From Leucoraja ocellata (lineage: Eukaryota), in contig JAWMAR010000021.1 of the NCBI GenBank assembly GCA_036785375.1, positions 4,898,001 through 4,962,000 of the forward strand: 64,000 nucleotides of DNA. Direction: 5' to 3'. Of the stretch, positions 12,592 to 25,666 are shown piece after piece. The stretch's first letter is position 1. Every line of letters begins with the position of its first letter. The notes beneath the pieces are model-generated. The model was not told the origin of the DNA, made no database searches, and saw only the letters and a program-made list of their open reading frames with translations. The position numbers and the translations under genes were made by a program.

Positions 12592-13874
12592 GTACAATTT
12601 TATTAAAAAACGTTTTTGTAATGTCCAAGGTTTCTTTTTACAGCTTTAGAAATAGTTTTCAAATGCATTGGGTCTCTTAAAGTGACTTTAAAATCAGTCG
12701 AAAAATAATTGCAATCCCATTCCGTAATCAAAATTTCCTTGCATGTTCTATGACAATTAACCTTACAAATTATTTTTGATGTTATTGCCAAATTTACCTG
12801 GTTGTTTCTCCTCTTTAACTTCCATACATTAATAAGAATCTGTGCTGCCTTCATCTAATGATATTTTATATGTGAACACTAATTTTGTTATCTCAGTTTA
12901 CAAAAACTAGAGGTTTTTTTTTTACTTTACTCAATTTCCAAGTTTTAAGGTGATTTGACATTAATTCTTTTTTTTGTGCCCTTTTCACCACCAACCCTCT
13001 CTTTCGCTATCTCCTCAAGCTTCTGCCATCACCTCTCCCATCATTTTACCAGCTCTGACATAAAACACTAAAAACAATAGAAATGTACAATATTTCTGTC
13101 AGCATCTCAAAGACAACAAATAAACTGCTTTGCGCATTAACACTTTTTGATTGCTAATGTATCTAGAGTATAACTCTACCTTTTGTTGTATGCTATTTGC
13201 AGCAAAATCTGATACTGTGAAACTTTGATAATTTGCTATCAAACTATTCAGAAATCCATTAGTTCAGCATCTGGCATGCCAGTTGATGTTTTTTTTGTGT
13301 TCCCAACCACTCTTTGGTTCCTGCACTAACTTTAAATTTACCTTAAAATAAAAAGTGAAATAAATATGTGTTGGGATCTTAGTAGAACAATAACTGATTG
13401 TTCAGGAAATCTGCTGCTCCAGCACCATCAAAATCCCTGGCGTTTCGCATTCACTCTACCTTTGTTGAAACATAATGTAACAATAGCCAAACACTGAATG
13501 CTGGAAGTCAGAAATAAAAGAAAATGCTGGGAAAATGAACAGGACAGGCAGTGTGGAATTTCCAGGTTGATGATCTTTGATTAGGAACGGAAAATATATA
13601 GAATAAAACAACTTTCACAATATTACAAAGAACAAAAGGATTAGTTGGGAGATTAAATAACAAAAGGGATGGAGATTGGACAAAGGGAAATAATTGGAGA
13701 TCAATCTGGAAGCAAGGTACATGGAAATAGCTGAACCATTGTCTGAAATTACTGAACACAACATTAAGTAGAAGGTTGTAACATGGAAAACCAAGGTGTT
13801 TTCATCCTCGGATTTCATTGGAACAATCTTGGAAGCTCAGTCTTGCATCCGGGAGACGATTGGGTCAACACGTG

Positions 13875-14295
13875 GGAAACGTTTGACGACTCTGGGCCTG
13901 TACTCGGTGGAGTTTAGAAGGATGAGAAGGGATCTCATTGAAACCTACCAAATAATGAAAGGCCTAGATAGAGTGAATGTGGAGGGGGTTTTTCTAGTAG
14001 TAGGAGAGTCTAGGACCAGAGGGCATAGCCACAAACTAAAAGGACATACCTCCAGAATGGAGATGAGGTTTTTTTTAGTCAGTGGGTGGTGAATCTGTGG
14101 AATTCACCGCCACTCAGCAGTGGAGGCCAAATCATTGGGTATTTTTAAATAGATAGCTTGATAGATTCTTGATTGGGAAGGGGGTCAAAGGTTATGGGGA
14201 AAAGACAGGAGAATAGGGTTGAAAGGGAAAAATAGATCAGCCATGATTGAAGTGTAGACTCAATGGGCTGAATGGCTGAATTCTGCTCCTATGAC
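13875..14295 (+). mobile_element. CR1 3' fragment
   Basis: LGLYSVEFRRMRRDLIETY...RTRGHS plus typical 3' UTR. Confidence 0.85.
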
Positions 14296-15414
14296 AAGAG
14301 CGAATTCGATTTTTTATTATTAAAATATAATATATTCTGCTGTAGTTCACTGCTGTCAGGTGCACATATATAAGGTGATTTCTTTGGGGGCTAGAAAGGT
14401 TTCTAAGCATCCGCACAGTAATTAGCGAGTGGCATGTTATTTAAAAGCTCAGTTTCATTGATGCAACAATGCACAGCATTTTTAGGGTACTTTGTCGACA
14501 GAATAATTCAGATATACCCAAACTTCTCATCAGAACACTGGTTTCTTAAGGTTTCAAAGCAGTTTCTTATAGTGACAAATATCTACATTTCTGCAATCAC
14601 CCTTGCGTATCTGTATCCCAGAACTTTTTTATCAGTTCGATACTATAACAAAGGCAAATATTGATAGTGTTGCTATCATTTCAGCAGCAAATTACTCATC
14701 CATGAGTATGTCGAGAGCTACCTGTAGGCACTTAACTATTTGCAAACTGGTACTAAATATTGCTCATATCAGATTAATTAAACTGGGCCTCATTTGTTGT
14801 CATGCATTAGATTAGGAAATGTAGAATTAAACTGCTAATTCAAGATTCCTTACCTTAAGTTTGATAACTGTAAAATGTGTCAGAATAAGAATAGATTTTA
14901 GGAAATTTTCCGAGTTCCCAACTGCTCATTTTTATTGCCGCTTTTAATTAAGAAGCCCTTAAATGCAAATTTGATCATTTGAATTTCCAAATTATATTTC
15001 AGATTGCTCAATTCAAATCATTAGACAATTACATTTTTAATTTGTAAAATAGTTGCGAATATCGGTGGTAAACTGCATTTTATTGAAAACTGCATACAAT
15101 AAATATACTATATACAGCCAGGAGAATTCCTTCTCAGTCTAGTTAGTTGAATACACTACTGCAAATGATAACAGATTGGTAATTTGTATGTAATTATCAC
15201 TTCATTTTCCTGCATAAATAACCCTGCCTTCCCGGGGAGAGGTTGCTGTAGTCTGTTTCCTCTTTTCTCCGGAAAGTCATTTTGTATTCTATTTCAATTT
15301 TCACTGACACCAACCTCTGCATTTCTGCAATCAACAATGCATATCTGTATCCCAGAAGATTTATTCAGCTCCCTGCTATAACAATGACAAACAGTGATAG
15401 TCTTGTTATCAATT

Positions 15415-15722
15415 TTAGTTTAGTTTAGAGAGGCCCATTGACCCACCGTGCCGACATCGATCAACTGTTCACACTAGTCCTATGTTATCCCACTTTCTCA
15501 TCCATTCCCGACACACTAGAGGCAATGTAAAGAGGCCATTCAACCAACAAACCTGCACGTCTTTGGGATATGGGAGGAAACCGGAACACCCGGAGGAAAC
15601 TCATGCGGTCTTGGGGAGGAGAACGTGTAAACTCCACACAGACAGCACCCGAGGTCAGGATCGAATCTGGGTCTCTAGCGCTGTGAGACAGCAGCTCCAC
15701 CAGCTGTGCCACTGTGCTGTCC
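15415..15722 (-). mobile_element. V-SINE
   Basis: Reverse-complement V-domain gggaggaaaccggaacaccc and head; (tttag)n tail. Confidence 0.85.
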
Positions 15723-16527
15723 TTCTCAGTGAATGCTGTTTGGCAGCAAGTGTGGAACGAACTTTCATCAGAGCTGAATAAATTGATTACAGAGATGTTG
15801 CCTGACCCGCAGTCACTCCAGGATTTTGTCTTTTTTTTTGTGGTAAACTAGCATCTGCAGTTCCTTATGCCTACATTGACTTTGCTGTGCAGTAGACATA
15901 TTGTTCCTTATTCTGTTTGATCTCAAATTCCATGCTCAATACAATGTTATCAATAAATCTCCATGGCGTGATAATGCTATTTCTAAAAGGAGCGGAGATG
16001 AATGGACAATTTAGTCGAACTTGGTGTCCACACCACAATAGGTATTCAACTAGACTTCACTCGGAGTTGTGTTTTGGAAAAATTATTTCTCATTGTGGAA
16101 AATTACTGTAGTTTTTGTTTGCTTGGATATTCAATTAAAAAATAATTTTTAACACAATTTTTGCTGGAAATAGTAAGGGAAGAACACTTAATGTTTGCAA
16201 GTCATTGACCTTTTATTAGGCCTGTTAGCTGTATGACCCACTTATCCAGCATTTTCTGATTGTTATTTTAATTTTAGATTTCCAGCATTTACACTTTTGA
16301 GATTCCTCGGGCAAAATTATCTTTGTTGCTCGACTGCTTGCTGCGACTCATAGACCCTGCAACACATTCCAACTCGTTGCCTGACGTCATGTTGTCAATT
16401 AACTCCACAATACAAAATACCTCTGACGATACAAGATGATCCTTGTTTCTTTTTCTTTTCATGGGAAGAATTATGAATAGGAAAGTAACTGCTACTTAAC
16501 ACCAGGCTGTAATGCTACATTACGAAT

Positions 16528-16890
16528 AGTGAAAGGCCTGGATAGAGTAGATGTAGATAGGATATTTCCACTAGTGGGAGCGTCTATGACCAGAGACCAT
16601 ACCTCTGAATAAAAGGATGTGCCTTCAGCAAGGAGATGAGGAGGAATTTATTTTGTCAGAAGGTGGTGAATCTGTAGAATTTATTGCCACAGAAGGGTGT
16701 GGAGGCCGTCAATTATGTTATTAATGTGGAGTTTGACAGATTCTTGACTAGTAAGGGTGTCGGGGGGTTATGGGGAGAATGTAGGAGAATGGGGTTGAGA
16801 GGGAAAGATAGATCAGCCATGATTCAATGGTGGAGTAGACTTGATGGGCCGAATGGCCTAATTCTGCTCCTGTAACTTATGGACTTATTG
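16528..16890 (+). mobile_element. CR1 3' fragment
   Basis: aaaggcctggatagagt...gatgggccgaatggcctaattctgctcc tail. Confidence 0.8.
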
Positions 16891-18557
16891 CTGTAGAACC
16901 TAACTTATTTTAAGTTTGCAATTGGAATCTTCTAATTTCAAAAGCATACGTATAGTTGTGAATTTGTGTAGTTAGTTTATTTTACTTGGGATTATCTCTG
17001 AAATTTAATTTTGGCATTGAAACTTTAATTGACTGTAGATACTACAGAAACGAACAGAGGTGTCAGCAAAACAAATCTAAATTATCCTTGTTAGATTGTT
17101 AGCGGGGAATCTTTTTTGGTGTCCTTACTCTCGTAAGTACTTAGCAGTACTTCGGCCAGCACCTTAAATTCTGAACTTTTAATCTTGACCATTATCTGAA
17201 TCATGCTACCTTGTGGGATGAGTTGGAATGGATTATATGATCTATTTGTGTCCAATGTTTCTGTATGGTCATAATAGTTGTTTTCTACAATCCACTTGGG
17301 TTGACTCTTCCTCAAAACAGGGAAAATCTTCCAATTCTGAATCTGTTTGACTTTTTAACCAGATAAAATACGTTATTATACAAATAATAACCTAGTTCAC
17401 CTGCACATTATTTCAATGCAAAACTAAAATAAGACTAATTAATATTTGTGGCTGTCTGGATTTGTCCTTTAATTTGGGGAGAATTTTCTTTTCTGTTGCT
17501 TAATGGATTGATACTTCTTGTGCCTCGAGTAACATGGTTCATGTCAATCTATTCCCTTTTGGCAATTAAAATTTATTTTGCCTTCCCAAGGTAATTTCAG
17601 GTGATCATAAACAAAAATTTCATTGTAGTTATTACTCAGCGAGAACATTGTTTGAGCAATCTTTTATGAAGATTGTGAGAGCAATCTTTCACAATATTAA
17701 CATAATATACATCGAATATCTTTCAAAGCTATTTGTATTTTCCGAGTGATTTTTGATCTCCTTGTTCACTGCCTTCATACCATTGAAGTTCAAAAGGATT
17801 CAATAGTATTCTTTGCTTTACTAAAGAATCCCGATGTGCCCATCCAAATCTGTGTTAAGAAATAAATATACACTTTGGGGAGGGGGAGATATTTCTTTAC
17901 TAATGTTGTCAGCCAACACGATACTAAATTAAGAGTGGAAAATGGATTTTAGTGCAAATTTTAAAAAGAAAACTTTTATTTGACGTTGAAATCCTGTTTT
18001 GTAATGTTCTCAACTTTATTTTAAAAGAAAATCTTGTTCAGAATTGGTTTTGTTTTCTCAAATTCGCACTTTTCTCTGTTAGTATCAATACAGTGTACGC
18101 TGCAATTATCAAAGGGAAAAATACTTCACTGGCAATTAAGTTCCTCGTTAGTTTTGGCCCACTCTGTAGTATGTATGTGATGCAGCAGATTTGCTGTGTA
18201 TTTTGTCACGTACAAGGAGACTACAAGTAAACTTATTAAAGCTCTCTGAATTTTATTTTTACTGGGAAATATTCTGGATAAAATCATACAGCATGAAACA
18301 GGCCCTTTGGCCCAATTCATCCATGCCGATAAAGATACCCAATTTAATCTAGTCCCGTTTGGCCATTAAACCTTTCCTATCCATGAATGAAAAGATGAAA
18401 GGATATTGTTATTATTTGTTCTGGCTACAATTTTTTTTTTAAATGGAATTTTGAAGCAAAATCTATTCCCATTTGGTTACGTGTTGGAATTTTATCTTGT
18501 ACGATTATAATGTTTCTAGCACACTGAATATTAAGTGTGTAGTACTTATTCTTGTAG

Positions 18558-18653
18558 GATTTGGAAATACTTCTGCCTTTGGAAGTAATACTTCAGGCAA
18601 CGCCTCATTTGGATTTGGATCAGCCACTAAACCCTCAGGAAGCCTCAGTGCAG
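18558..18653 (+). CDS. NUP58: NUP58 FG-region exon (FGNTSAFGSNTSGNASFGFGSATKPSGSLSA)
   Basis: tgtAG and GTttgt boundaries; 96 nt, phase 1 to 1; KPSGSLSAG conserved. Confidence 0.95.
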
Positions 18654-18761
18654 GTTTGTTGTAATTTTGTTTCTGTTAGTGGTGTGATGGTAAATAAGTG
18701 ATTTCAGATAGCTCATAGCCAGTGTAGCAGAAATCCATTGGGTATTCAGACATGATCGAGT

Positions 18762-19810
18762 TATAGAGTCATACAACATAGAAACAGGACCTTCGGCCCA
18801 ACTTGCCCACACTGACCAACATGTCCCTTCTACAATAAACCACCTGCCTGCATTTGGCCCATATCTCTCGAAACCGGTCCCTTCCATGTACCTGTCTAAA
18901 TGTTTCTTAAACTTTGCGATGGTACCTGCCTCAACTACCACCTCCAGCAGCTCATTTCATACAGCTACCAGCCTTTGTGTAAAATAAGGTTTTGGGTTCC
19001 AATTAATTCTTCACCCCCCCCCTCACCTTAAACCTATGTCCTCTGGTTCTCGATTCCCCTACCTGTGCATGAGACTCTGCGTTTACCCAATCTATTCCTC
19101 TCATAATATTATACACCTTTATCAGATCACTTCTCATCCTCTTGCACTCCAAGTAATAGAGTCCTAACCTGCTCAACCTCTCCCTATTGCCCCTGACCCA
19201 CTTAGGAAACCTGAACGGAAACCTCTGGAGACTTTGCGCCCCACCCAAGGTTTCCGTGCGGTTCCCGGAGGTTGTAGGTGGTTGCTGGAGGTTGCAGGTA
19301 GTGGAAGCAGGTAGGGAGACTGACAAAAACCTCCGGGAACCGCACGGAAACCTTGGGTGGGGCACGAAGTCTCCAGTGGTTTCCGTTCAGGATTCCTAAG
19401 TGAGACAGGGGCATATAGCTCAGGCCCTCTAGTCTTGGCAACATCCTCGTAAATCTTCTTTTAACCCATTCCCAGCTTGACAACACCTTTCCTATAACAT
19501 GGTGCCCAAAACCGAACACAGTACTCTAAATTTGGCCTCACCAATGTCTTATACAACTGCAACATGACCTATACTCAATACCCTGACTGATGAGGGCCAA
19601 TGTGCGGGAATAATTTTTGACCACCTTATATATTTGTAAAGCTACTTTCAAAGAACTATGTACCTGCACTCCTAGATCCCTCTGCTCTACAACACTCTCC
19701 AGAGTCCTACCATATCACAGTGTAGGTCCTGCTCATGTTGGACTTCCCAAAATGCAACCTCGCGTTTCTCTGTATTAAATTCCATCAACCATTGCTCAGC
19801 CCACCTGGCC
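18762..19810 (-). mobile_element. CR1 3' fragment interrupted by a MITE
   Basis: Minus-strand RRFTRMLPRLEGLSY and RERLSRLGLY split by the 19188-19413 insert. Confidence 0.85.
19188..19413. mobile_element. MITE with 86-bp TIRs and 3-bp TSD (PIF/Harbinger-like)
   Basis: 19188-19273 is a near-perfect reverse complement of 19328-19413; TAT duplicated at 19185-19187 and 19414-19416; removal restores host ccctatagctc. Confidence 0.9.
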
Positions 19811-20339
19811 AACTGATCAAGAGCGCACTGCAAAGATGTACTCGTACTCTAGATGTACTAATGAAAAAAGTGAAAAATTCATACCAAAGATCATGCTTTA
19901 ACGTTGTTCATCTGCAATTGTACTCTGCATTTTGATTGCTATTGATGTTGCATTGCATTGATGATAAATACACATATCTTCTCTTCAGTAGAATAGTATC
20001 ATCTGAAAGATCTAGGCACAGTTTATATCATAAAGATGCCAATGCAAAATCTGAGATTCTGTCAGATGCAGGATGCAAGATTTATGGCTCCTAGAAAATG
20101 CTTGGCTTTGTCCATTTGGCAGGGTATTTATATTGGATTAGTAATCATAATCTTGCCAATGGTGGAGATGCTAGAGTTCTGGTTATCTGAACTATCTCAT
20201 GGTTCTATGGTGTGGTTTCGAATCCTTAACCATTGGCTTTTTCCAATCTATACGTTCAATTTCTGGATTTGGGTAAATGATATATGTAGAAATTTACAAA
20301 TTAACATATACAAGTGAGGATATAGTACATATGTAACAG

Positions 20340-20830
20340 TTGCGCTCCATCTGCCTTGGCCTACGTGATCACCCGGTTGTCGAACATTTTAACTCCCATT
20401 CCAATACTGACCTTCCTGTCCTGTACCTCCTCCACTGTCAGTGAGGCCACGTGCAAATTGTAGGAACTGCACCTCATATTTGACTTGGCCAGTTTACAAT
20501 CCAGCGGTATGAACGTTGATTTCTCTAATTTCAAGTAACTCCTGCATTCCCACCCCCACCCTACTAGTTTCACTTTTTGTATCCTTGTATCCCTCTCATC
20601 ATCACATCTTCCCCAGCCGTCAATGGGCTATTATGTACTCCACCCTTCCTGAGGTCATCTGTTGCTGGCCTTGATTTGTTCTGGCCTTTCTCACCCCCCC
20701 AGTTTCCACACCCCTCACACCTCTATCTTTCAATCTGAAGAAGGATTCCGAGCTGAAACGTCACCTATTTCTTCTCGCCAGTGATGCTGCCTGATCCGCT
20801 GAGTTACTCCTGCATTTTGTATCTATCTTC
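20340..20830 (+). mobile_element. Old Penelope-like 3' fragment (GIY-YIG end plus pLTR)
   Basis: Similar to 39290-39696; degenerate ctgaagaagg...gaaacgtcacc at ~20735. Confidence 0.75.
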
Positions 20831-21524
20831 CACGTGTGTATATATGAACTCGACAAGCAAAAGACTCGTGTGTTTTCCTTAATTTGTTTTGGAATTAGGG
20901 CCGGTGCTTATGATGAATACTTAACAGGAAATGTTAACCAAAGACCCTGTTTCTTTGTTGCAATTCCTATCTACTCTCACTTAAGTGAGAATGAAATTCA
21001 TATGGGTGTCCAAAATTAATGGAACCATTTACCATTGTGCTTCATGGTTTAGGAATCATAGTTTCACTTTATCTCAATGAATCATACTTGTGTTGAAAAA
21101 GTACTTTATGGAGTAGGAATACAAATAACACAGTATTTTCTTTGTGGTTGAGAGCTAGAGGCATACAACGTGGACACAGGCCCCTCGGCCCAACTTGCCC
21201 ACACCGCCCGACATGCCCCATCTGTACTAGTCCCACCTGCCTGCCTTTGGCCCATATCCCTCTATCCATGTACCTGTCTAAATGTTTCTTAGATATTGCG
21301 ATAGTAGCAGTCTCAACTACCTCCTCTGGCAGCTCATTCCATACACTCACTATTTTCATAAAGGGTGCATCGAGCAAAGTTATTTAGTTTAGTTGAGTGA
21401 TGCACACAGAAACGGGCCCTTCAGCCAAACACCTGACTGATAAATTCTGAAAATCTAAAGAGAATATTATCCTCTTCGTCTCCTCAGTTGGCATTTTAAA
21501 CAGAACATTAGAAAATATTTTTAG

Positions 21525-21835
21525 GGGTAGTGCGGTGACACAGCGGTAGCCACCTTACAGCTCCAGAGACCTGGGTTCGATCCTGACTACAGGTGCTGTC
21601 TGTACGGAGTTTTTACATTCTCCCCGTGACCTGTGCGGATTTTCCCTGGGTGCTCCAGCTTCCCCCCACACTCCAAAGATGTACAGATTTGTAGGTTAAT
21701 TGACTTTGGGGAAAAATTGTAAATTATCCCTAGTGTGTGAAGAATGGTGTTAGTGTACGGGGGGGATCACTGGTCGGTGTGGACTCGGTGGGCCGAAGGT
21801 TCTGTTTCCACCCCGTATCTCCAAACTAAACTAAA
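21525..21835 (+). mobile_element. V-SINE
   Basis: ggttcgatcc B-box, V-domain, ggactcggtgggccgaagg tail, (ctaaa)n. Confidence 0.88.
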
Positions 21836-23694
21836 CAGCATTGAATCAGGTGTCTGGTGTTGTTGGTCCGTGGTGATATTGGAAAGATTTAAAGAATCAT
21901 TTAGGCATTGCTATTCATAGAAATAAATGCTATGTAATGATAGAATATCTATGAGAACATTATTTTAACCACATCCATACTAGTGTTATAGTCTGGGCTT
22001 CCCATTATGTTGAAAATTTGAAGCTCTCAGATGTTATCCCTCATTATACATCTAATTTATAGCTGAACTTGTCATATTGTATCTGGCCTCCTGTTGAAGC
22101 TTGGCGGGTTAGTAGTTGTTCTTCAATGGAAACCCTCAGTTTAATAGAAAAATGTGTCTGTTATTTTTTATGGTTGAAAATCTGGAAGGCTCAATTGGTG
22201 AAACTGAGTGACTGGTGGACACAGAAGATTGTGCAAAATTGTTGTGCACTATTCTGGTAACAACCTATCTTCCACGACTTTTCAATATTAAATAGCTATG
22301 AGGAAGAGTCCCTCACACACAAAGTCATATGTTGCTCTAATTTGTTTTGTTTTTTTGAAAAAAAATCACTTAATTTCCATTAGAGCATTATGCAGAAAGA
22401 AATCACCACCCTGAGGTGGTTTTTCTATATAGTTTTCAATTCGTACAACAACTCTGAAACATGACAACTATTGAAGCAATAAAACTCAAATTTCAAAAGT
22501 ACCTTTACTGCTATTCTATAATGTAACTGCAAAAATAATCGTAGAACATGCAACAATACTCACAAGAACAGTTCCTACAATGTTTTTTACTGAACATAAT
22601 GTCAAGACCATTTCTTATCTATCTGCACATAATCCATTCCCTGCATATCCATGTGCCTATCCAAAATGCCACCATTGTATCTGCATCCACCACAACGTGG
22701 GTTGCAGGCACGCACCAGCCTGTTTGTTTTTTTAACTTGCACTGAATATTTCCTTTAAACTTTGCCCCCCTCTCTCCTTAAAGCTGTACCCTCTAGTATT
22801 TATTTGTTTTCCATCTTGGGGGACTGCTTACCCTTTCTATGCATTTGATACTTTTATATATTTCTATCAAAATACAAAAGATTCCTTAAATTCCATGTTT
22901 TAAAATTATTCACCTTTTTATTTTCTTCCTGTCTGCTCCCATCTAAAACCAGAAATATTTTATAACAATGTTTTGTTTCTCTTGGCTTAAAAACAGCACT
23001 CGTACCTGTTTGTAGTTGATCATGAGGTAAATAAATGATGCATAACAATGAAGTATCACAAAGTAACTAAATTGTGTGTATTAATAGAATAAATATATGT
23101 GGTAGTTATAACTGATGGCTAAGCTAATTGACTCCACTTGAAGCAGTAGCAGGTCAGGAAGAATAGAATTATGTATAATGCACCAAGATTCATTTCTTCC
23201 TATTTTACCAGAACTTTTTTAGTTTTCAATAAGCATTTTACCTATTCTAGAGCAAATATGTTAGGATTTCGTATAACATCTTTCTGGAATCTCTAATCTC
23301 TATTCGAATGCATTAAATCTGGATTATGCTCCTGACACACATTAAACAAATACCTTAAAACTAAAAAGTTCTTTTTTTTATTTTTTAGAAATAGCTGTCA
23401 AATCAGCTTTGTTAAATGATATTGATTTTACTTTTGAATTTAGTCAGAAGATACTAAATGTGCAGCATAATCATTTTTGTCATTGGAAATATCTCTTTAG
23501 ACACCCAAACGATTTAGTGTTGATACAGAAATTCCGGTGTTCTTGGCAAAATTAGCTGATCCATTTATCTTGGAGCTTCACTGTTTAGGAATCGTATCTC
23601 AATGAATAGCATTTATTGTTTTGAAAGAATACTTTTTATGGCTGGCAATGCAAATAACATTTGTCGTTTTCTTTATGGTTAAGAGCAAAGATGT

Positions 23695-23950
23695 TTAGTT
23701 TAGAGATGCAGCATGGAAACAGGCCCTTTGGCCCACCGAGTCCACGCCGACCATCACCTGTTCACACTAGTTCTATGTTATCCTACTTTTACATCCACTC
23801 CACACATTAGGGGCAATTTACAGGGGCAATCAACCTAAAAACCCACACATTTTTGAGGTCACAAGGAGCACGTGCAAACTCCACACGGACATCATGTGAG
23901 GTCAGGATCGAACCCGGGTCTCTGTCGACAGCAGCTGCGCCACTGTGTGC
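23695..23950 (-). mobile_element. V-SINE (internally deleted)
   Basis: Reverse-complement tail and ggatcgaacccgggtc head. Confidence 0.8.
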
Positions 23951-24442
23951 CGCTCAAAGTGATCCAATTTGATCTTTGTGGACTTAACAGTTACATGAGT
24001 TTATACAAAGCCAACCAGTTACAACTAATGCTGTGATTTTAACATGTTATTAGTTTTGTTTTTTAATTAGGATTTTTGTCACATAGTTTTCTTTGTTTTC
24101 TGGTCACCTGCTATTGCCTATCATTGGTCTTACTTGGAGGAAGTTTATCTAGTCAGTTTGAGTGATGAAAATTGAAAACCCACATGGAGCTGTGTTTATT
24201 TTGTAAGAATAAAACACAGATGGGTCAAATGCTTTAACCCGAGTGTCATGGCTAATTAGTGATACCACTATATGTGTGTGAGAACCATTTTCTTTTACAA
24301 ATATCACAATGATTATTTACTGGTTTTAATATTACTTTCCTGTTTTTTTAAATTTCAGTTCTTTTCATTTAAGGAAATTAATTGTGCGCATTGGTGTTTC
24401 TGATTATGTAAACTTGTTTATTTTCTTGCAGTTGTGTGTGAT

Positions 24443-24785
24443 TTAGAGCCATAGTCTTACAGCATGGAAGCAGGCCATTTGGCCCAACTTGCCAACATGT
24501 CCCATGTACAATAGTCCTACCTGACTGCATTTGGCCCATATCCCTCTTAAACTTGTCCTAAACTTGTCTAAATGTTTCTTGAACATTGAGATTGTACCTG
24601 CTTTAATTGCCTCTTCCGGCAGCTCGTTCCATACACCCACCATTCTTTGTGTGACGAAATGACTCTTCCAGTTCCTATTAAATCTTCCCCCTCCCCCATC
24701 ATCTTGAACCGCTGGTTCCTGATTCCCCAACTATGGGCAAAAGACTGTGTGTATACCCGTTCTATTCCTCTCATGATTTTGTGCA
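24443..24785 (-). mobile_element. CR1 3' fragment
   Basis: KIMRGIERV and VTQRMVGVWNELPEE on the minus strand. Confidence 0.8.
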
Positions 24786-25487
24786 CAATTACTTTTCTCT
24801 TGGTTAACTTCCTTCCCCAGCATTATCATCGCCCACCTATAGTACTTATTAATACTTGAAAATAATATTCTACCATCCTCTTGAAACAAAGCCACCCACT
24901 AATGATAGTTATGCATAATCTGAGGGAGCTGGAAATGTAATTGACGTCAATAGGAATTGCTTTCAAAATTTAATGGTTAAAATCACACAAAGTTCCTTCC
25001 TTCTTGGTTTTAACAAATGTATTCAAACCATTTATTTTGAGTTAATTAAATAATGAATGCATTTTACTATTCTTCAGATTAATTTTGAACTCTTAAGAGG
25101 CGAGTAAATGATTAGAAATGCACTCTTAATATTTGGAATGAATCTCGGTGCGAAAATTGCCGTGCTGTCTAATTTGAAATCTTGCACGAAAGACTGTTCA
25201 ATATGGCACTGATAGTTTTGAAAATGACACAACTTATGAACTGTAATTGCTGTTCAAAAAATATTTTGGGCATTTAAACTCTTAAATTCTTTTGTGTAAT
25301 ATGGAGAGAAAGCACATCCGACTGCTTTTATTTCATTTTAGAAACGCCTCACCAGTTTGTTCTATAACAAGAGTGCATTCAACACGGGGGTGTTATTTTT
25401 GCTTCTTATATGCCTGCAGTTTGGGAAAACAGATGCAAGAAAGTTTTTTTATGAGTAGTTTTTGTTTTTTTTATTTTCATGTGCAAG

Positions 25488-25666
25488 GTTTTGGCAGCTC
25501 AACTACAACTGGATTTAACTTCAATAACCCTGGGATCACAGCGTCTGCTGGTCTGACCTTTGGTGTGTCCAATCCTTCAACATCAGGTCTTAGCAGCAAT
25601 CTTGTAGGGGGACAGCTCCTACAACTGAAGAAACCACCAGCCGGCAACAAGCGGGGCAAAAGATAG
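25488..25666 (+). CDS. NUP58: NUP58 last coding exon (FGSSTTTGFNFNNPGITASAGLTFGVSNP...QLLQLKKPPAGNKRGKR*)
   Basis: Long T tract then caAG acceptor; diagnostic C-terminus LLQLKKPPAGNKRGKR; stop TAG ends at 25666. Confidence 0.97.

Noticed and set aside
3418-16389. Three TGACGTCA palindromes (3418, 7051, 16382) as a CRE cluster
   Set aside because: Widely spaced, near chance expectation, and at least one is in a probable repeat
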